The translations under genes and the position numbers were made by a program. From Bacteroidota bacterium (GTDB lineage Bacteria > Bacteroidota > Bacteroidia > NS11-12g > UBA955): a stretch of 48,893 nt of DNA. This document shows positions 1-10,486 of the stretch, piece by piece. The notes under the pieces are model-generated. The model was given only the letters and a program-made list of their open reading frames with translations. It had not been told where the DNA came from and did no database searches. The stretch spans positions 1-48,893 of the forward strand of contig JBEDND010000146.1 in assembly GCA_041170785.1 (NCBI GenBank), in the 5' to 3' direction. Position 1 is the first letter of the stretch. Each line of letters starts with the position of its first letter.

Positions 1-2
1 AC

Positions 3-476
3 GGAAAAGAAATAGCGCTTGGCGAAGCCGGGGGCCATTGGGTCGCGGATGGTATGGATTCACTGGATATACATCCAATTTCCGAGCGCAGGTTTCACAT
101 GATTGCCGGAAACCGCAGCTATGACGTGGAAGTACTCGCCATTCATTCCGCTGAAAAGAAAGTGGTTTTGCGCATGAACAACCGCCTTCATGAAGTGGTA
201 CTTTCTGACGCTTTTGATCGGCTGTTGCACGACCTTGGTATGGATAAAGCCACTTCGCACAAGGTGAACAACATCAAAGCCCCAATGCCCGGCCTGGTGC
301 TTCGGCTGGAAGTTGCGGAAGGCGATACGTTGAACGCCGGCGATAAGGTGCTGGTGCTGGAAGCCATGAAGATGGAAAACGTAATCAAATCCCCTGGTTC
401 AGGAAAGGTGAAGCAGATTATGGTGAAGCCGGGCACGCCGGTTGAAAAGAACCAGGTGCTCATCGAGTTGGAATAA
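3..476 (+). CDS. Biotin carboxyl carrier protein subunit of an acyl-CoA carboxylase, probably 5'-truncated by the window edge
   Basis: C-terminal biotinyl domain IKAPMPG...LEAMKMEN carries the biotin Lys. The frame is open from position 3 to the ORF-track ATG at 54. Confidence 0.9.
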   Translation, partial: GKEIALGEAGGHWVADGMDSLDIHPISERRFHMIAGNRSYDVEVLAIHSAEKKVVLRMNNRLHEVVLSDAFDRLLHDLGMDKATSHKVNNIKAPMPGLVLRLEVAEGDTLNAGDKVLVLEAMKMENVIKSPGSGKVKQIMVKPGTPVEKNQVLIELE

Positions 477-477
477 T

Positions 478-1962
478 ATGTGGCGGCAACAAGTCGCCTG
501 GCTTCGCATCTTGAATCTTCGCCGGCAAAACATATTGCCCTTTTTACTGCTGGCAGTCTTTGCCATGCCTGTGTTGATTAATCTTGCGCAGGTTCCTGTT
601 GCCTGGCTGGATGAAACCATGAACCTGGACCCCGCGGTCCAATGGCATCTGAAAGGAACTTTTTCGAGTGCATTGTGGCCAAATCAAGGCGCAGAGCAGA
701 AGTTTATGTGTTACCTGCCCCTCGTTGAGTGGTTCCACATGCTCAATTTGCAGTATTTACCCTGGGAGCTTTTTTGGGTGCGTCTTCCATTCTTGCTTTT
801 GTTTCTGCTCGCGGCGTACAGCTTTTACCTGCTGCTGAACCAGGTTTGGAAACTTCATCCTGCCTGGTCGTTGTTGTTGCTTGGCATGCTCCTGTTTGAT
901 AAAGCGGTGTTTGAAATCCTGCGCAGTGTGCGCAGTGAAACGCTAGAGTTGTCGCTGTTGTCGCTGTGGCTGTTCCTGAACTTCAAACATCCAAAGCATC
1001 TGGTTGTGCCCATCCTTGCCGGATTGTTGTTTATGGCACATCCGAAACTATGGCCGGCCATTGGCGTAGGCATGCTTTTCCAGTTGCCGCAATGGTGGGG
1101 TACGTTTCGCTTTTGGCTTGCGCCGATGTTGTTTGCCGTGCCCACGCTGGCCTATTTCCTTTGGCTGGATGCGCCTTTTGCCGCCTGGTGGCAACAACTG
1201 CAGGGACAGGCGGCCATGCATGGTGCCTCCACGTCCAAATTATACGATCATGTTGTGGCGCGCTACTGGCCGTACTTTAAAGAACAACCCTGGATGCCCA
1301 TATTGCATGTGTGCACGTGGATTCCTGCCATCGGGCTGGCGCGCGTTCACGGAAGAACACTTCAGGCCATGCCGGCCTGGATGTGGATGGTGCAGGATCT
1401 GTCATGGCTGCTGATTTTGGCGCCACACCATCGATATCTTCCCCCGCACCACCTGCTGATGTATGTGGTTTGGGCCCAGTGGCTGGTGCTGAAAAAACTT
1501 CCTTGGAAAAAGACCTACCGATGGGTGCTGTTGCCCATGGTTTTCTTGCTGGTGTTGCCGTATTCCGGCAGGATGGCGCTGGGGATTTTACAACGGGAGG
1601 AGCGCGATCCGGAGCGTGTGCTGCAATGGCTGGGGCGGGAATTGCCACCCGGACAGCACGGAAGAACACTCGTCATTGGCCACAGCATCGCACATTATTA
1701 CCTGCTTCGGCATCGGGATACCAACATGCATTTTGCCCTGGAAATTTATCCGCAGAAATTCCGGTTCCGTGATTTTGATCGGGTCTATTACCTCGGACCT
1801 GGCCTGCTTTCGGCACCCGGTAAAGCCTATCCGCTGCCTGATCCGAAATATGGTATCCCGGAATCGTGGAGTGCTACTTACCGGGGTTTGGTGCTGACTT
1901 CCGTGCGGACCGAAGCGCAGATGGAAGCACTGGTGGGCCGCTACCGCATCCCATACCCTTGA
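478..1962 (+). CDS. Polytopic membrane protein, probable GT-C fold (ArnT/PMT-like) glycosyltransferase
   Basis: Many hydrophobic helices, an acidic WLDE motif in the first extracytoplasmic loop, an RSVRSE motif and an HHRYL motif. ATG 478 lies 1 nt after the upstream TAA. Confidence 0.55.
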   Translation: MWRQQVAWLRILNLRRQNILPFLLLAVFAMPVLINLAQVPVAWLDETMNLDPAVQWHLKGTFSSALWPNQGAEQKFMCYLPLVEWFHMLNLQYLPWELFWVRLPFLLLFLLAAYSFYLLLNQVWKLHPAWSLLLLGMLLFDKAVFEILRSVRSETLELSLLSLWLFLNFKHPKHLVVPILAGLLFMAHPKLWPAIGVGMLFQLPQWWGTFRFWLAPMLFAVPTLAYFLWLDAPFAAWWQQLQGQAAMHGASTSKLYDHVVARYWPYFKEQPWMPILHVCTWIPAIGLARVHGRTLQAMPAWMWMVQDLSWLLILAPHHRYLPPHHLLMYVVWAQWLVLKKLPWKKTYRWVLLPMVFLLVLPYSGRMALGILQREERDPERVLQWLGRELPPGQHGRTLVIGHSIAHYYLLRHRDTNMHFALEIYPQKFRFRDFDRVYYLGPGLLSAPGKAYPLPDPKYGIPESWSATYRGLVLTSVRTEAQMEALVGRYRIPYP

Positions 1963-1972
1963 ACGTTGATTT

Positions 1973-3289
1973 TTAGTCTGGGTTGTTGCTGTAAAAAGAA
2001 TTTTTCTTCAGCACAGGTGTATCGGAACCTTCTTCCTCTGCCAAAACCATCTTTGAAATAAACTGCTTGTCGCTTTCAGGAACCACTTCCAGCTGCACAC
2101 CCATGCGCAGATATGCCGGCGTATTCAGCTGGTCGTCAGGGCCTTGCTGCTGATAAGGAAGATTGATGGTTTGTTGCTTCGGATACTGGACTTGCTTGAG
2201 TTGAGGCGCAAATGGCGGTGTGGGAACCTGCGCTTCATTGTGTTCCTCGAGGTCAATGGGGATGTGGACCAAATCTTCGGGTTCAGGTGCTTCTTCTACA
2301 GGCGCTGCTCCGGAAAACTTATCCTGGAAGCTGGTGGCAATCACCGTAACACAAAGTTCTTCACTGAGTTCGGGATTGTGTGTAAGCCCCCATTTCAGCT
2401 TGGCGGTTTGTCCGGCTTGATCCTGCAGGTAACTGGTGATGGTTTTGATTTCCTTCATGGTGGGCTCGCTGTTTCCGTGCACAATGTTCACCAACAGGTG
2501 CCTGGCGCCAATGAGCCTGACGTTGTCGAGCAAGGGAGAGTCGAGCGCGTTGCTTACAGCCAGCGCTGCGCGACGTTCACCTGCACCGGTGCCCATACCC
2601 ATCACCGCCCTGCCGCTGTTGCGCATGGCCGTTTCCACATCCTTGAAGTCCACGTTCATGTAGCCGGTACGTGTGATGATTTCAGCGATGCCCTTGGCGG
2701 CGGTACACAATACATTGTCTGCGCTGGCGAAGGCCTTGCTGATGGGCAGGTCCTCGTACATTTCCAGGATGCGGTCGTTGATGATAACCAGGAGTGCATC
2801 TACGTGTGGGCGGAGCCTTTCAAGCCCCTGTTCCGCCTGGTGTCTGCGCTCCGGCCCTTCATCTTCAAAAGGAATGGTAACAATGCCCACGGTAAGGATA
2901 CCCATCTGCTTGGCTATTTCCGCAATGACGGGCGCAGCGCCGGTTCCGGTACCACCACCCATTCCCGCCGTGATGAATACCATTTTGGTTTGTTGGCGCA
3001 GCATTTCCGCAATTTTATCGGCACTTTCCAGGGCGGCTTTCTGGCCTTGTTCCGGCTCTGAACCCGCACCCAAACCCTCGGTGAGTTGTGCACCGAGCTG
3101 GATTTTATTGGGAACCGGACTGCTGCGCAGTGCCTGAGCATCGGTATTGCATACGTAAAACTGTACGCCTTCAATGCCTTGATTGAACATGTGGTTTACG
3201 GCATTGCTTCCGCCGCCGCCCACACCAATAACTTTGATGATGGCCGGGCTGAGGGCAGGAATATCGGGGATGATGTTGTTTAATGGCAT
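1973..3289 (-). CDS. ftsZ: Cell division protein FtsZ
   Basis: IKVIGVGGGGSNAVN, the GMGGGTGTG tubulin signature and NVDFKDV; terminal gene of the dcw cluster. Confidence 0.99.
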   Translation of the reverse strand: MPLNNIIPDIPALSPAIIKVIGVGGGGSNAVNHMFNQGIEGVQFYVCNTDAQALRSSPVPNKIQLGAQLTEGLGAGSEPEQGQKAALESADKIAEMLRQQTKMVFITAGMGGGTGTGAAPVIAEIAKQMGILTVGIVTIPFEDEGPERRHQAEQGLERLRPHVDALLVIINDRILEMYEDLPISKAFASADNVLCTAAKGIAEIITRTGYMNVDFKDVETAMRNSGRAVMGMGTGAGERRAALAVSNALDSPLLDNVRLIGARHLLVNIVHGNSEPTMKEIKTITSYLQDQAGQTAKLKWGLTHNPELSEELCVTVIATSFQDKFSGAAPVEEAPEPEDLVHIPIDLEEHNEAQVPTPPFAPQLKQVQYPKQQTINLPYQQQGPDDQLNTPAYLRMGVQLEVVPESDKQFISKMVLAEEEGSDTPVLKKNSFYSNNPD

Positions 3290-3298
3290 GGGTTTAAC

Positions 3299-4594
3299 TT
3301 ATTTGAAATCGTCAATACTGCGGTCGTCTAACAAGTTTGTAATACGGCCAAAAAGCCCGTTGAAAAGACCTGTTGTTTTTTTGTTTTTTTCGGGTTCTGC
3401 TGTGGTTTGAACAGTTGGGAGGTTATGAATGCTGGTGTCGTATCCCTTCAATACCAGGCCAACGCCGGTAGCGTACATAGGGCTTTTTACTTCATCCACC
3501 ATGCCCATGCCCAGGTGTTGGTTTGGAATACCCATTTGGGTATCCAGACCGGTGATGCTTTCCATCAACAGGTTGATGTATTGCAGGTTGGCACCACCAC
3601 CCGTAAGTACGATACCGGCAGCCAGTTTGTTGGCATAACCCGACATCCGTATCTGATCGTAAATCAGGTTGATGATTTCCGTAGCCCGCGCATGAATCAC
3701 CAGCGACAGGTTGTATACGGAAATTTCCTTGGGCTTTCGTCCCGGGAAATCCTGGATGCTTTGGATTTGGTTCTTTTTTGATTCTTCAGGATAAGCACTT
3801 CCACACTTTACCTTCAGGGCTTCAGCCTGTTCTTTGCCCAGTTGAAACGCTTCGCGGATGTCGGCAGTGATGATGTCGCCACCGTATGGAATAACGGCAG
3901 TATGCCGGATGAGGCCATTGTGGAAGATGGCGATATCGGAAGTGCCTCCGCCAATGTCAACAAGGGCCACGCCTCCTTCCATTTCTTCCGGACTCAGCAC
4001 CGCCCTTGCAGACGCAACCGGTTCTACAAACAATCCATCCACTTCAAGGCCCGCACGTTGAACTGCCTGGGTAATGTTTCGCGCTGCTGTGGTTTGTCCG
4101 GTAATTACATGATAACTGGCTTCAAGGCGCATGCCGGTCATGCCAATGGGGTCGATGATGTCAGGCTCCCCGTCCACCTTGTATTCCTGGGGCATGATGT
4201 GGATGACTTCAAGGTCATTCCCGAGGTAAATGTTTTGCATTTCCTCTTCCATACGCTTCAGCTCGTCGGCGCTGATCTCCTCGTGGCTGTTGGTGCGGAT
4301 TTTTGTTTTTGGGAATTGTTTGCTGTTGATATGGTGCCCGGCGATACCCACATGCACCCTGGCAATGTCGATATTGCTTTGCTTGCTGGCAATGGCAACG
4401 GCCGCTTTGATGGCATCCACCGTTTTCCCGATGTTGCATACCATTCCTCGGGCAACACCCCCCATGCTGGGAGATTTCCCAATACCCAGTACGTTGATTT
4501 TGCCGTGTTCGTTCATCTGCCCGACAATCGCACAAATTTTAGTTGTGCCTATGTCCAGTCCCACAATAATTTTCTCTGATTTTTCCTTGCGCAT
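3299..4594 (-). CDS. ftsA: Cell division protein FtsA
   Basis: VGLDIGTTKI, LVDIGGGTSD and VLTGGGA actin-like ATPase motifs; directly upstream of ftsZ. Confidence 0.98.
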   Translation of the reverse strand: MRKEKSEKIIVGLDIGTTKICAIVGQMNEHGKINVLGIGKSPSMGGVARGMVCNIGKTVDAIKAAVAIASKQSNIDIARVHVGIAGHHINSKQFPKTKIRTNSHEEISADELKRMEEEMQNIYLGNDLEVIHIMPQEYKVDGEPDIIDPIGMTGMRLEASYHVITGQTTAARNITQAVQRAGLEVDGLFVEPVASARAVLSPEEMEGGVALVDIGGGTSDIAIFHNGLIRHTAVIPYGGDIITADIREAFQLGKEQAEALKVKCGSAYPEESKKNQIQSIQDFPGRKPKEISVYNLSLVIHARATEIINLIYDQIRMSGYANKLAAGIVLTGGGANLQYINLLMESITGLDTQMGIPNQHLGMGMVDEVKSPMYATGVGLVLKGYDTSIHNLPTVQTTAEPEKNKKTTGLFNGLFGRITNLLDDRSIDDFK

Positions 4595-4604
4595 GGGTAT
4601 TTAT

Positions 4605-5450
4605 TTATTGTCCAGTATTTTGTTCGTTGCTCTGACCTGCATTCAGGTCGCCAGATGTTATGACCGCATTGCGGCGTGTAGCTACTACCTGACCTCGGTA
4701 GCTCAGGTTGATTTTGCTGTAATGATCCCAGCCCAAGCTGGGCAAGGCTTTCGTGTAGAAAATCCTGAGTTTTCCCATTTTTTCCTCCAGTTGTTCACAG
4801 GTGCCCAAGGCAATGCTATGGTTTCCCACCCTTGGTATCAAAAGAAACTCGGAGAAATTATCTACATACACCTGTTCAATCTGGGCTGACCACATCGGAT
4901 GCTTGTTCAGATATGCCGCCAGTTGTTGCAGTTGCTTCAGCACCGGGGTTTTTGGATATGCACTGTCTTGCAGCTGTTCTTCAATGAATCCACTGGCCAC
5001 AGGAACATTTGGGGTGAACTTATTGCTGAAAGGCAGCTTTTGCCCGTCTTCACCCAGATAATAGCTTTGTCCGGTTTTGTTGATGATGCGCAGCAGCACA
5101 TTTTTTTGCCGGATGCGTACCTGAATGTTGCCACTTAAATCTGCATGTACTTCACATGCTGCCACATATGGGTGTTCCTGCATTTTAGCTTCCAGCCTGT
5201 CGAGGTGCAGCGACGCTACGGTTTTACCCTTGTATGCACTGCCATCCGGAGCAAGGGCCTGCACTACGTCTTGCGGTGTGATGAAGTACAATCCCGTATC
5301 CGGTGCGATGCGGATGTCCAGGTTTTTTACCAATTGTTTGCCTTCGGCACCTGAAGCCATCATCAAGCCAGAAACCACCGCCAGCAGCAGAATCCCGGCA
5401 GTGGTGAGCTGCAGCCATTTTTGTTTTTTAGTTCCGCCCAACAGGTTCAT
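4605..5450 (-). CDS. ftsQ: Cell division protein FtsQ/DivIB (Bacteroidota type)
   Basis: Single N-terminal TM helix, POTRA-like LEAKMQEHPYV segment and C-terminal YSKINLSYRGQVV; lies between murC and ftsA. Confidence 0.88.
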   Translation of the reverse strand: MNLLGGTKKQKWLQLTTAGILLLAVVSGLMMASGAEGKQLVKNLDIRIAPDTGLYFITPQDVVQALAPDGSAYKGKTVASLHLDRLEAKMQEHPYVAACEVHADLSGNIQVRIRQKNVLLRIINKTGQSYYLGEDGQKLPFSNKFTPNVPVASGFIEEQLQDSAYPKTPVLKQLQQLAAYLNKHPMWSAQIEQVYVDNFSEFLLIPRVGNHSIALGTCEQLEEKMGKLRIFYTKALPSLGWDHYSKINLSYRGQVVATRRNAVITSGDLNAGQSNEQNTGQ

Positions 5451-6855
5451 AAATCGCTTTTACAGGTGAGGCCAAACGGTCTATATCGCCAGCTCCGAGG
5501 AGCAGCAGTAATTCAGGCCGGGTATTGCGCACATGAGCCAGGATGGCATCGTGGTTCATCAGCTTCTTATCCTTGTGGTTGATTTGTGCCAGCAGCCATT
5601 CGCTGTTGATACCGGGGATGGGTAATTCCCGGGCAGGGTAGATGTCCATCAAGATCAGTTCGTCGGCCGTAGCCAGGGCTTCTGCAAAACCCTCGGCAAA
5701 ATCACGGGTCCGTGTGAACAGGTGTGGCTGGAACACGGCGGTGAGTTTGGCATTTGGATACAAGGCCCGTACCGATTGAAGGATGGCCCGCAGTTCTTCA
5801 GGATGGTGCGCGTAGTCATCAATCACAATATGCTTTGGCTGTTGCACCAGGTATTCAAACCTGCGTTTCACCCCGGCAAAGGAATTCAGGCCTCTGCGTA
5901 TGTCTGATGGGTCGAGTTTCAGAATATTCAGCAGCAGTGCAAGCGCTGCCGTGGCATTTTCAATATTGTGGAAGCCGGGCAGGCCGCAGTATAGGCTTTG
6001 TTCGGTATGTGTTTCGTTTCGGTAGTTTCCGGAATAATCAAAATAGAAATGTCCTGCTTCTATTTTGGTCGGAGAAGCAACACAATCAGGGTTTTTACCG
6101 GCCGCTTTTAATCCGTATTGAATCACTTCAACATGCTCTGGCCAGGACTGCTGCAATGATTGCTGCACAACGAGGGTTCCGCCCGGTTTGATTTTGCTGC
6201 TGAAGGTTACAAATGCTTCGGTAAATGCCTCTTTGGTTTCGTATATATCCAGGTGGTCCGGGTCGATGGCCGTGATGATGGCGTAATCTGGATTGAGCCG
6301 GTGGAAGCTGCGGTCGAATTCATCGGCTTCAAGCACCACAATGGGGCGATCCGGAAACAAGTTGCGGCCATCGGTTTTGTGGATGTAGTTGTTGTTGAAG
6401 TTGGCTGAAATGCCGCCCAGGAATGCCGTGAAGTTGATACCGCAGGCGTCGAGCAAACAGGCAATGAGGCTGCTGGTGGTGGTTTTCCCATGTGTTCCTG
6501 CAACGGCGATGCAGCAGGCGTGCCGGCTGATGAGGCCAAGCACTTCGCTGCGCTTGTATAATTGAAAATCACCTTGCTTCAGGTATTGCAGTTGCGGATG
6601 TTCCGCCGGAATAGCAGGTGTATAAACAAACAGCGTTTCTGTTGGATGTTCGTAAACAAAGGCGGGAAGGGATTCCAGGGTATCGTCAAATTGAACATAA
6701 ATGCCTTCAGCCTGCAGGGCGTCTGTGAGCGCGGTCGGTGTTTTGTCGTAGCCCTGCACCTGCACACCCTGGGCGTGAAAATAGCGGGCAATTGCGCTCA
6801 TGCCAATGCCGCCGATGCCCAGGAAATAAGCGTATTGATATCCGGTATTGTTCAT
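5428..6855 (-). CDS. murC: UDP-N-acetylmuramate--L-alanine ligase
   Basis: FLGIGGIGMSAIA, AGTHGKTTT, EADEFDRSF, DDYAHHP and FQPHLFTRT motifs. Start set at ATG 6855, which forms an ATGA overlap with the murG stop. Confidence 0.98.
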   Translation of the reverse strand: MNNTGYQYAYFLGIGGIGMSAIARYFHAQGVQVQGYDKTPTALTDALQAEGIYVQFDDTLESLPAFVYEHPTETLFVYTPAIPAEHPQLQYLKQGDFQLYKRSEVLGLISRHACCIAVAGTHGKTTTSSLIACLLDACGINFTAFLGGISANFNNNYIHKTDGRNLFPDRPIVVLEADEFDRSFHRLNPDYAIITAIDPDHLDIYETKEAFTEAFVTFSSKIKPGGTLVVQQSLQQSWPEHVEVIQYGLKAAGKNPDCVASPTKIEAGHFYFDYSGNYRNETHTEQSLYCGLPGFHNIENATAALALLLNILKLDPSDIRRGLNSFAGVKRRFEYLVQQPKHIVIDDYAHHPEELRAILQSVRALYPNAKLTAVFQPHLFTRTRDFAEGFAEALATADELILMDIYPARELPIPGINSEWLLAQINHKDKKLMNHDAILAHVRNTRPELLLLLGAGDIDRLASPVKAIYEPVGRN

Positions 6856-7949
6856 TTTTTGATGATGCTTAATACCTGGTTTGCGATGCGGTTGGCTGCA
6901 TCCGGCATGGAACACTGTTTTACGGCAGCCTCCATGCGTGCGCGTGCTTCGGGTGCGGCCATAAGTTTGATGATTTCTGTGCAGAGCGCATCGCCTGCGG
7001 CGGCGTCGGGCAACAGGATGGCAGCACCCTTATCACTTAGTTTCCGGGCGTTGCGGGTTTGATGGTCGTCGGTTACGTTGGGGCTGGGCACAAGGATGGA
7101 CGCTTTTCCGCAAACGGCAATTTCAGCGACGGAAAGGGCTCCGGCCCTGGAAACCACCAGATCGGCAGCAGCATAAGCCTGTTCCATGTGTTGGATGAAT
7201 ACCGATTGAAAAACGCCGCTTCTGGGCGTGTGCAACCACGACGGTTCTTTGGCAGGGCTGTAATTTTTGCCTGTTTGCCAAATCACCTGAATGCCTGCTT
7301 CGCGCAGCCTGTGCAGTCCTGATTCGATGCTTTGGTTCAAGGTTCTTGCACCCAGACTTCCGCCAACCACCAGGCAGACAGGCTGTTCTGGGTTGAGTCC
7401 AAAACTGTTACAGGCGTTTTGCCTGTCGGGCAATTGCAGCATTTCCCTGCGCACGGGGTTCCCGGTATAAACAATTTTTTCTTTGGGGAAGTAAGCTTCC
7501 ATGCCTTCAAAACCCGTACAAATACAATCCACTTTCTTCCCCAGCCAGCGGTTGGTCAATCCGGCGTAGCCGTTTCCTTCCCAAATCAAGGTAGGTATGC
7601 GCTGCAGGTAAGCTGCATAAAGGACGGCAGCACTGGCATAGCCGCCGGTGCCGATCACAGCATCGGGTTTATAGCTGCGCAGCAGCTGAACCGCCATGCG
7701 CAAACTTTTCATGAAGGCGAAGGGAATACCGAGGTTTGACAGGCTGAGCGTTCTTTGCAGGCCGCGAATGGGCAGACCGGTGATTGGATAGCCCGCGGCA
7801 GGAACCTTTTCCATTTCCATACGTCCGAGGGCGCCTACAAAATGGAATTCGGCATCGCCCAATGTCTCGCGCAGGGCTTCGGCTATGGCCAGTGCCGGGA
7901 AGATGTGTCCACCCGTGCCACCGCCGGAAAGGATGAATTTATGCGGCAT
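6852..7949 (-). CDS. murG: Undecaprenyl-PP-MurNAc-pentapeptide GlcNAc transferase
   Basis: SGGGTGGHIFPA, TGNPVR, GGSLGA, SRAGA and DHQTRNA motifs. Start set at ATG 7949. Confidence 0.98.
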   Translation of the reverse strand: MPHKFILSGGGTGGHIFPALAIAEALRETLGDAEFHFVGALGRMEMEKVPAAGYPITGLPIRGLQRTLSLSNLGIPFAFMKSLRMAVQLLRSYKPDAVIGTGGYASAAVLYAAYLQRIPTLIWEGNGYAGLTNRWLGKKVDCICTGFEGMEAYFPKEKIVYTGNPVRREMLQLPDRQNACNSFGLNPEQPVCLVVGGSLGARTLNQSIESGLHRLREAGIQVIWQTGKNYSPAKEPSWLHTPRSGVFQSVFIQHMEQAYAAADLVVSRAGALSVAEIAVCGKASILVPSPNVTDDHQTRNARKLSDKGAAILLPDAAAGDALCTEIIKLMAAPEARARMEAAVKQCSMPDAANRIANQVLSIIKK

Positions 7950-9132
7950 GTGCTGCTCCTTCCATCTTTTGTGCTTTCGGTTCTTTGGAGGCCGGTTCCT
8001 GTTCATCTTCCAGTCCGCGGCTTACGCTCAGGATCACGCCGAAGGCAATGCTGGTAAACACCAAACTGGTTCCGCCCATGCTTACCAAGGGCAATGTGAG
8101 GCCGGTAACCGGGAGCAGTCCAACGGCTACGCCCATATTGATAAATGCCTGAATGACCATGCTGATGCACAGCCCAAAGGCAAGGAAGGCTCCATAAGCG
8201 CGGGGTGTTTTCACCACAATCAGGAGGCATCGGTATAAAAGAGTAAGGAAGAGCAGGATCACAAAGAGCCCGCCCATCAGGCCATATTCTTCAACGATGA
8301 TGGCGAAAATGAAATCTGAATAGGGGTGGGGAAGGAAGTTTCGCTGGGTGCTTCCGCCCGGTCCTTTGCCTGTAAAACCTCCGGTGGCAATGGCAATTTT
8401 TGATTGTATGGCCTGGTCGCTTTCCTGACTGTTGCCAATGAAGGCTTCAATCCTTTTTTTCCATGTTGGAATGCGACCTGCCGAGGCCCAGCCGTCGGTA
8501 TCTACATTCAACAGGATAAAACCCGCCAGGGTGAGCAGAAGCACACCACTGCCCAAAACCATGATCAGGTATTTGATGTGGATCCTTCCGATAAAGAGCA
8601 GCAGCATACATGTGCTGAACAATACCAATGCGGTACTGAGGTTTTCCGGAGCAATCAGCAGCACCACGATACTGATGATTCCCGTGATGCGCCAAAAGGC
8701 TTTGGGTGATTCGATTTCGTCCTGGTTTCGCGCCAGGTACCGGGCGATGTACATGATGAGCACCAGCTTCGCCATGTCTGATGTCTGAAAGGTGATGCCC
8801 AAACCGGGAATCGGCAGCACGCGGGTTGCGCTGTTTACTTCACTGCCAATGGCTAGGGTAACGCACAGCAGTCCGATGGACACCCAAAGCATCCATTGAC
8901 TCAGGCGGGCGTAGTACCGGTAATTCACCAAATGCGTGAGGTACATGAAAAACAAGCCAATCACCAGGAAGCCGGTATGTCTGAAGAAGTAAAATTCGGT
9001 ATTGCCCCCTTTTTTGTTCATAGCCAGGGAGCTGCTCGCCGAATAAACAGCAAGTATGCCAAGCAGCGAAAGGGCTGCCACAACCATCCATATATATTTA
9101 TCCCCTCGAAAAATTCGGGCAGGCTGCTGCAT
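7939..9132 (-). CDS. ftsW: SEDS peptidoglycan glycosyltransferase FtsW
   Basis: Polytopic membrane protein with LPHPYSDFIFAIIVEEYG and PVTGLTLPLVSMGGTS motifs. Confidence 0.96.
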   Translation of the reverse strand: MQQPARIFRGDKYIWMVVAALSLLGILAVYSASSSLAMNKKGGNTEFYFFRHTGFLVIGLFFMYLTHLVNYRYYARLSQWMLWVSIGLLCVTLAIGSEVNSATRVLPIPGLGITFQTSDMAKLVLIMYIARYLARNQDEIESPKAFWRITGIISIVVLLIAPENLSTALVLFSTCMLLLFIGRIHIKYLIMVLGSGVLLLTLAGFILLNVDTDGWASAGRIPTWKKRIEAFIGNSQESDQAIQSKIAIATGGFTGKGPGGSTQRNFLPHPYSDFIFAIIVEEYGLMGGLFVILLFLTLLYRCLLIVVKTPRAYGAFLAFGLCISMVIQAFINMGVAVGLLPVTGLTLPLVSMGGTSLVFTSIAFGVILSVSRGLEDEQEPASKEPKAQKMEGAAHAA

Positions 9133-9145
9133 GGCTCAAACTTGA

Positions 9146-10486
9146 TTAGAGGTTTCTTACCGATTCCTTGAACAGGCGACCGCGTTCTTCGTAGTTGTGG
9201 AACAGGTCGAAAGAGGCGCAGGCAGGTGAAAGCAGTACCACATCGCCGCGATTTGCCAGTCCTGAAGCCACGTGCACGGCTTCTTCCATGCTGCCGGTAT
9301 TCACAATCATGTCCACGTCTTTCTGGAAGGCTTCGTGGATTTTGCGGTTGTCAACGCCTAATGCCACGATCACGCGCACCTTTTCGCGCACCAGGGCACG
9401 CAGCGCATTGTAGTCGTTGCCCTTGTCCACACCGCCGGCAATCCAAATCACAGGACGTTCCATGCTTTCCAGCGCATACCAGGCTGAATTGACATTGGTT
9501 GCTTTGCTGTCGTTGATGTATTCAACACCCTTTATTCTGCCGGCAAACTCAAGCCGGTGTTCGATGTTTTGGAAATTGGCCAGGCTTTCGCGGATTTTGT
9601 CTTTCCGGATGTCCAGCAATCCTGCAACCACAGCCGAGGCCATGCTGTTGTAGGAGTTGTGGATGCCACGCAGTGACAGTTCATGTATGGTCATGGTAAA
9701 TGGGGGATTTTCGTTGGTTTTTACGTAGATGGAGCCCGCTGAAATCCAGGCTCCATAATCGAAGGTTTGCTGATTGCTGAAGGGCAGCAGCCTGCTGTTG
9801 ATTGGGTGCTGCCGCATATATTCCCGGGTGAGCGGGTCGTCGGCACAATAGATGAAATAATCCTGTGCCGTTTGGTTGTTGGCCAGCCGGAACTTGGATG
9901 CGGCGTATTTGGCCACATCGTATTCGTAGCGATCCAGGTGATCCGGGGTAATATTGGTCAGCACGCTGATGTGCGCGTGGAAGTTGTACATGCCATCCAG
10001 CTGAAAGCTGCTCACTTCAAGTACATAGTAGTCGTGTTGTTCGGTCGCCACCATACGGGCGAAGCTGTCACCGATGTTTCCTGCACAGCCCACGTTTAAT
10101 CCTGCCTCTTTCAGGATGTGGTAGGTAAGCGCGGTGGTGGTCGTTTTTCCATTGGTGCCGGAGATGAGGATTTTTACGGCATCTGTAAAGCGTCCGGCGA
10201 ACTCAATCTCTGAGATCACCGGAATACCTGCCTTGCGCGCGGCAACGATGATGGGTGCGGTATCCGGAATGCCCGGGCTTTTGATGATTTCACCGGCAGC
10301 AAGAATGCGTTCTGTGCCGTGGGTTCCACTTTCGTAGGGAACACCGATTTCGTCTAGTTCCCTTTGGTAGTGCTCCTGGATGTTTCCGGCATCGCTGACA
10401 AACACGTCATACCCCTGCTGAACCCCGAGGAGGGCAGCACCACAGCCGCTTTCGCCGGCACCGAGTATCACGAGTTTTTCTTTCAT
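9146..10486 (-). CDS. murD: UDP-N-acetylmuramoyl-L-alanine--D-glutamate ligase
   Basis: SGTNGKTTT, EVSSFQLD, PDHLDRY, INDSKATN and LLSPACASFD motifs. Confidence 0.98.
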   Translation of the reverse strand: MKEKLVILGAGESGCGAALLGVQQGYDVFVSDAGNIQEHYQRELDEIGVPYESGTHGTERILAAGEIIKSPGIPDTAPIIVAARKAGIPVISEIEFAGRFTDAVKILISGTNGKTTTTALTYHILKEAGLNVGCAGNIGDSFARMVATEQHDYYVLEVSSFQLDGMYNFHAHISVLTNITPDHLDRYEYDVAKYAASKFRLANNQTAQDYFIYCADDPLTREYMRQHPINSRLLPFSNQQTFDYGAWISAGSIYVKTNENPPFTMTIHELSLRGIHNSYNSMASAVVAGLLDIRKDKIRESLANFQNIEHRLEFAGRIKGVEYINDSKATNVNSAWYALESMERPVIWIAGGVDKGNDYNALRALVREKVRVIVALGVDNRKIHEAFQKDVDMIVNTGSMEEAVHVASGLANRGDVVLLSPACASFDLFHNYEERGRLFKESVRNL

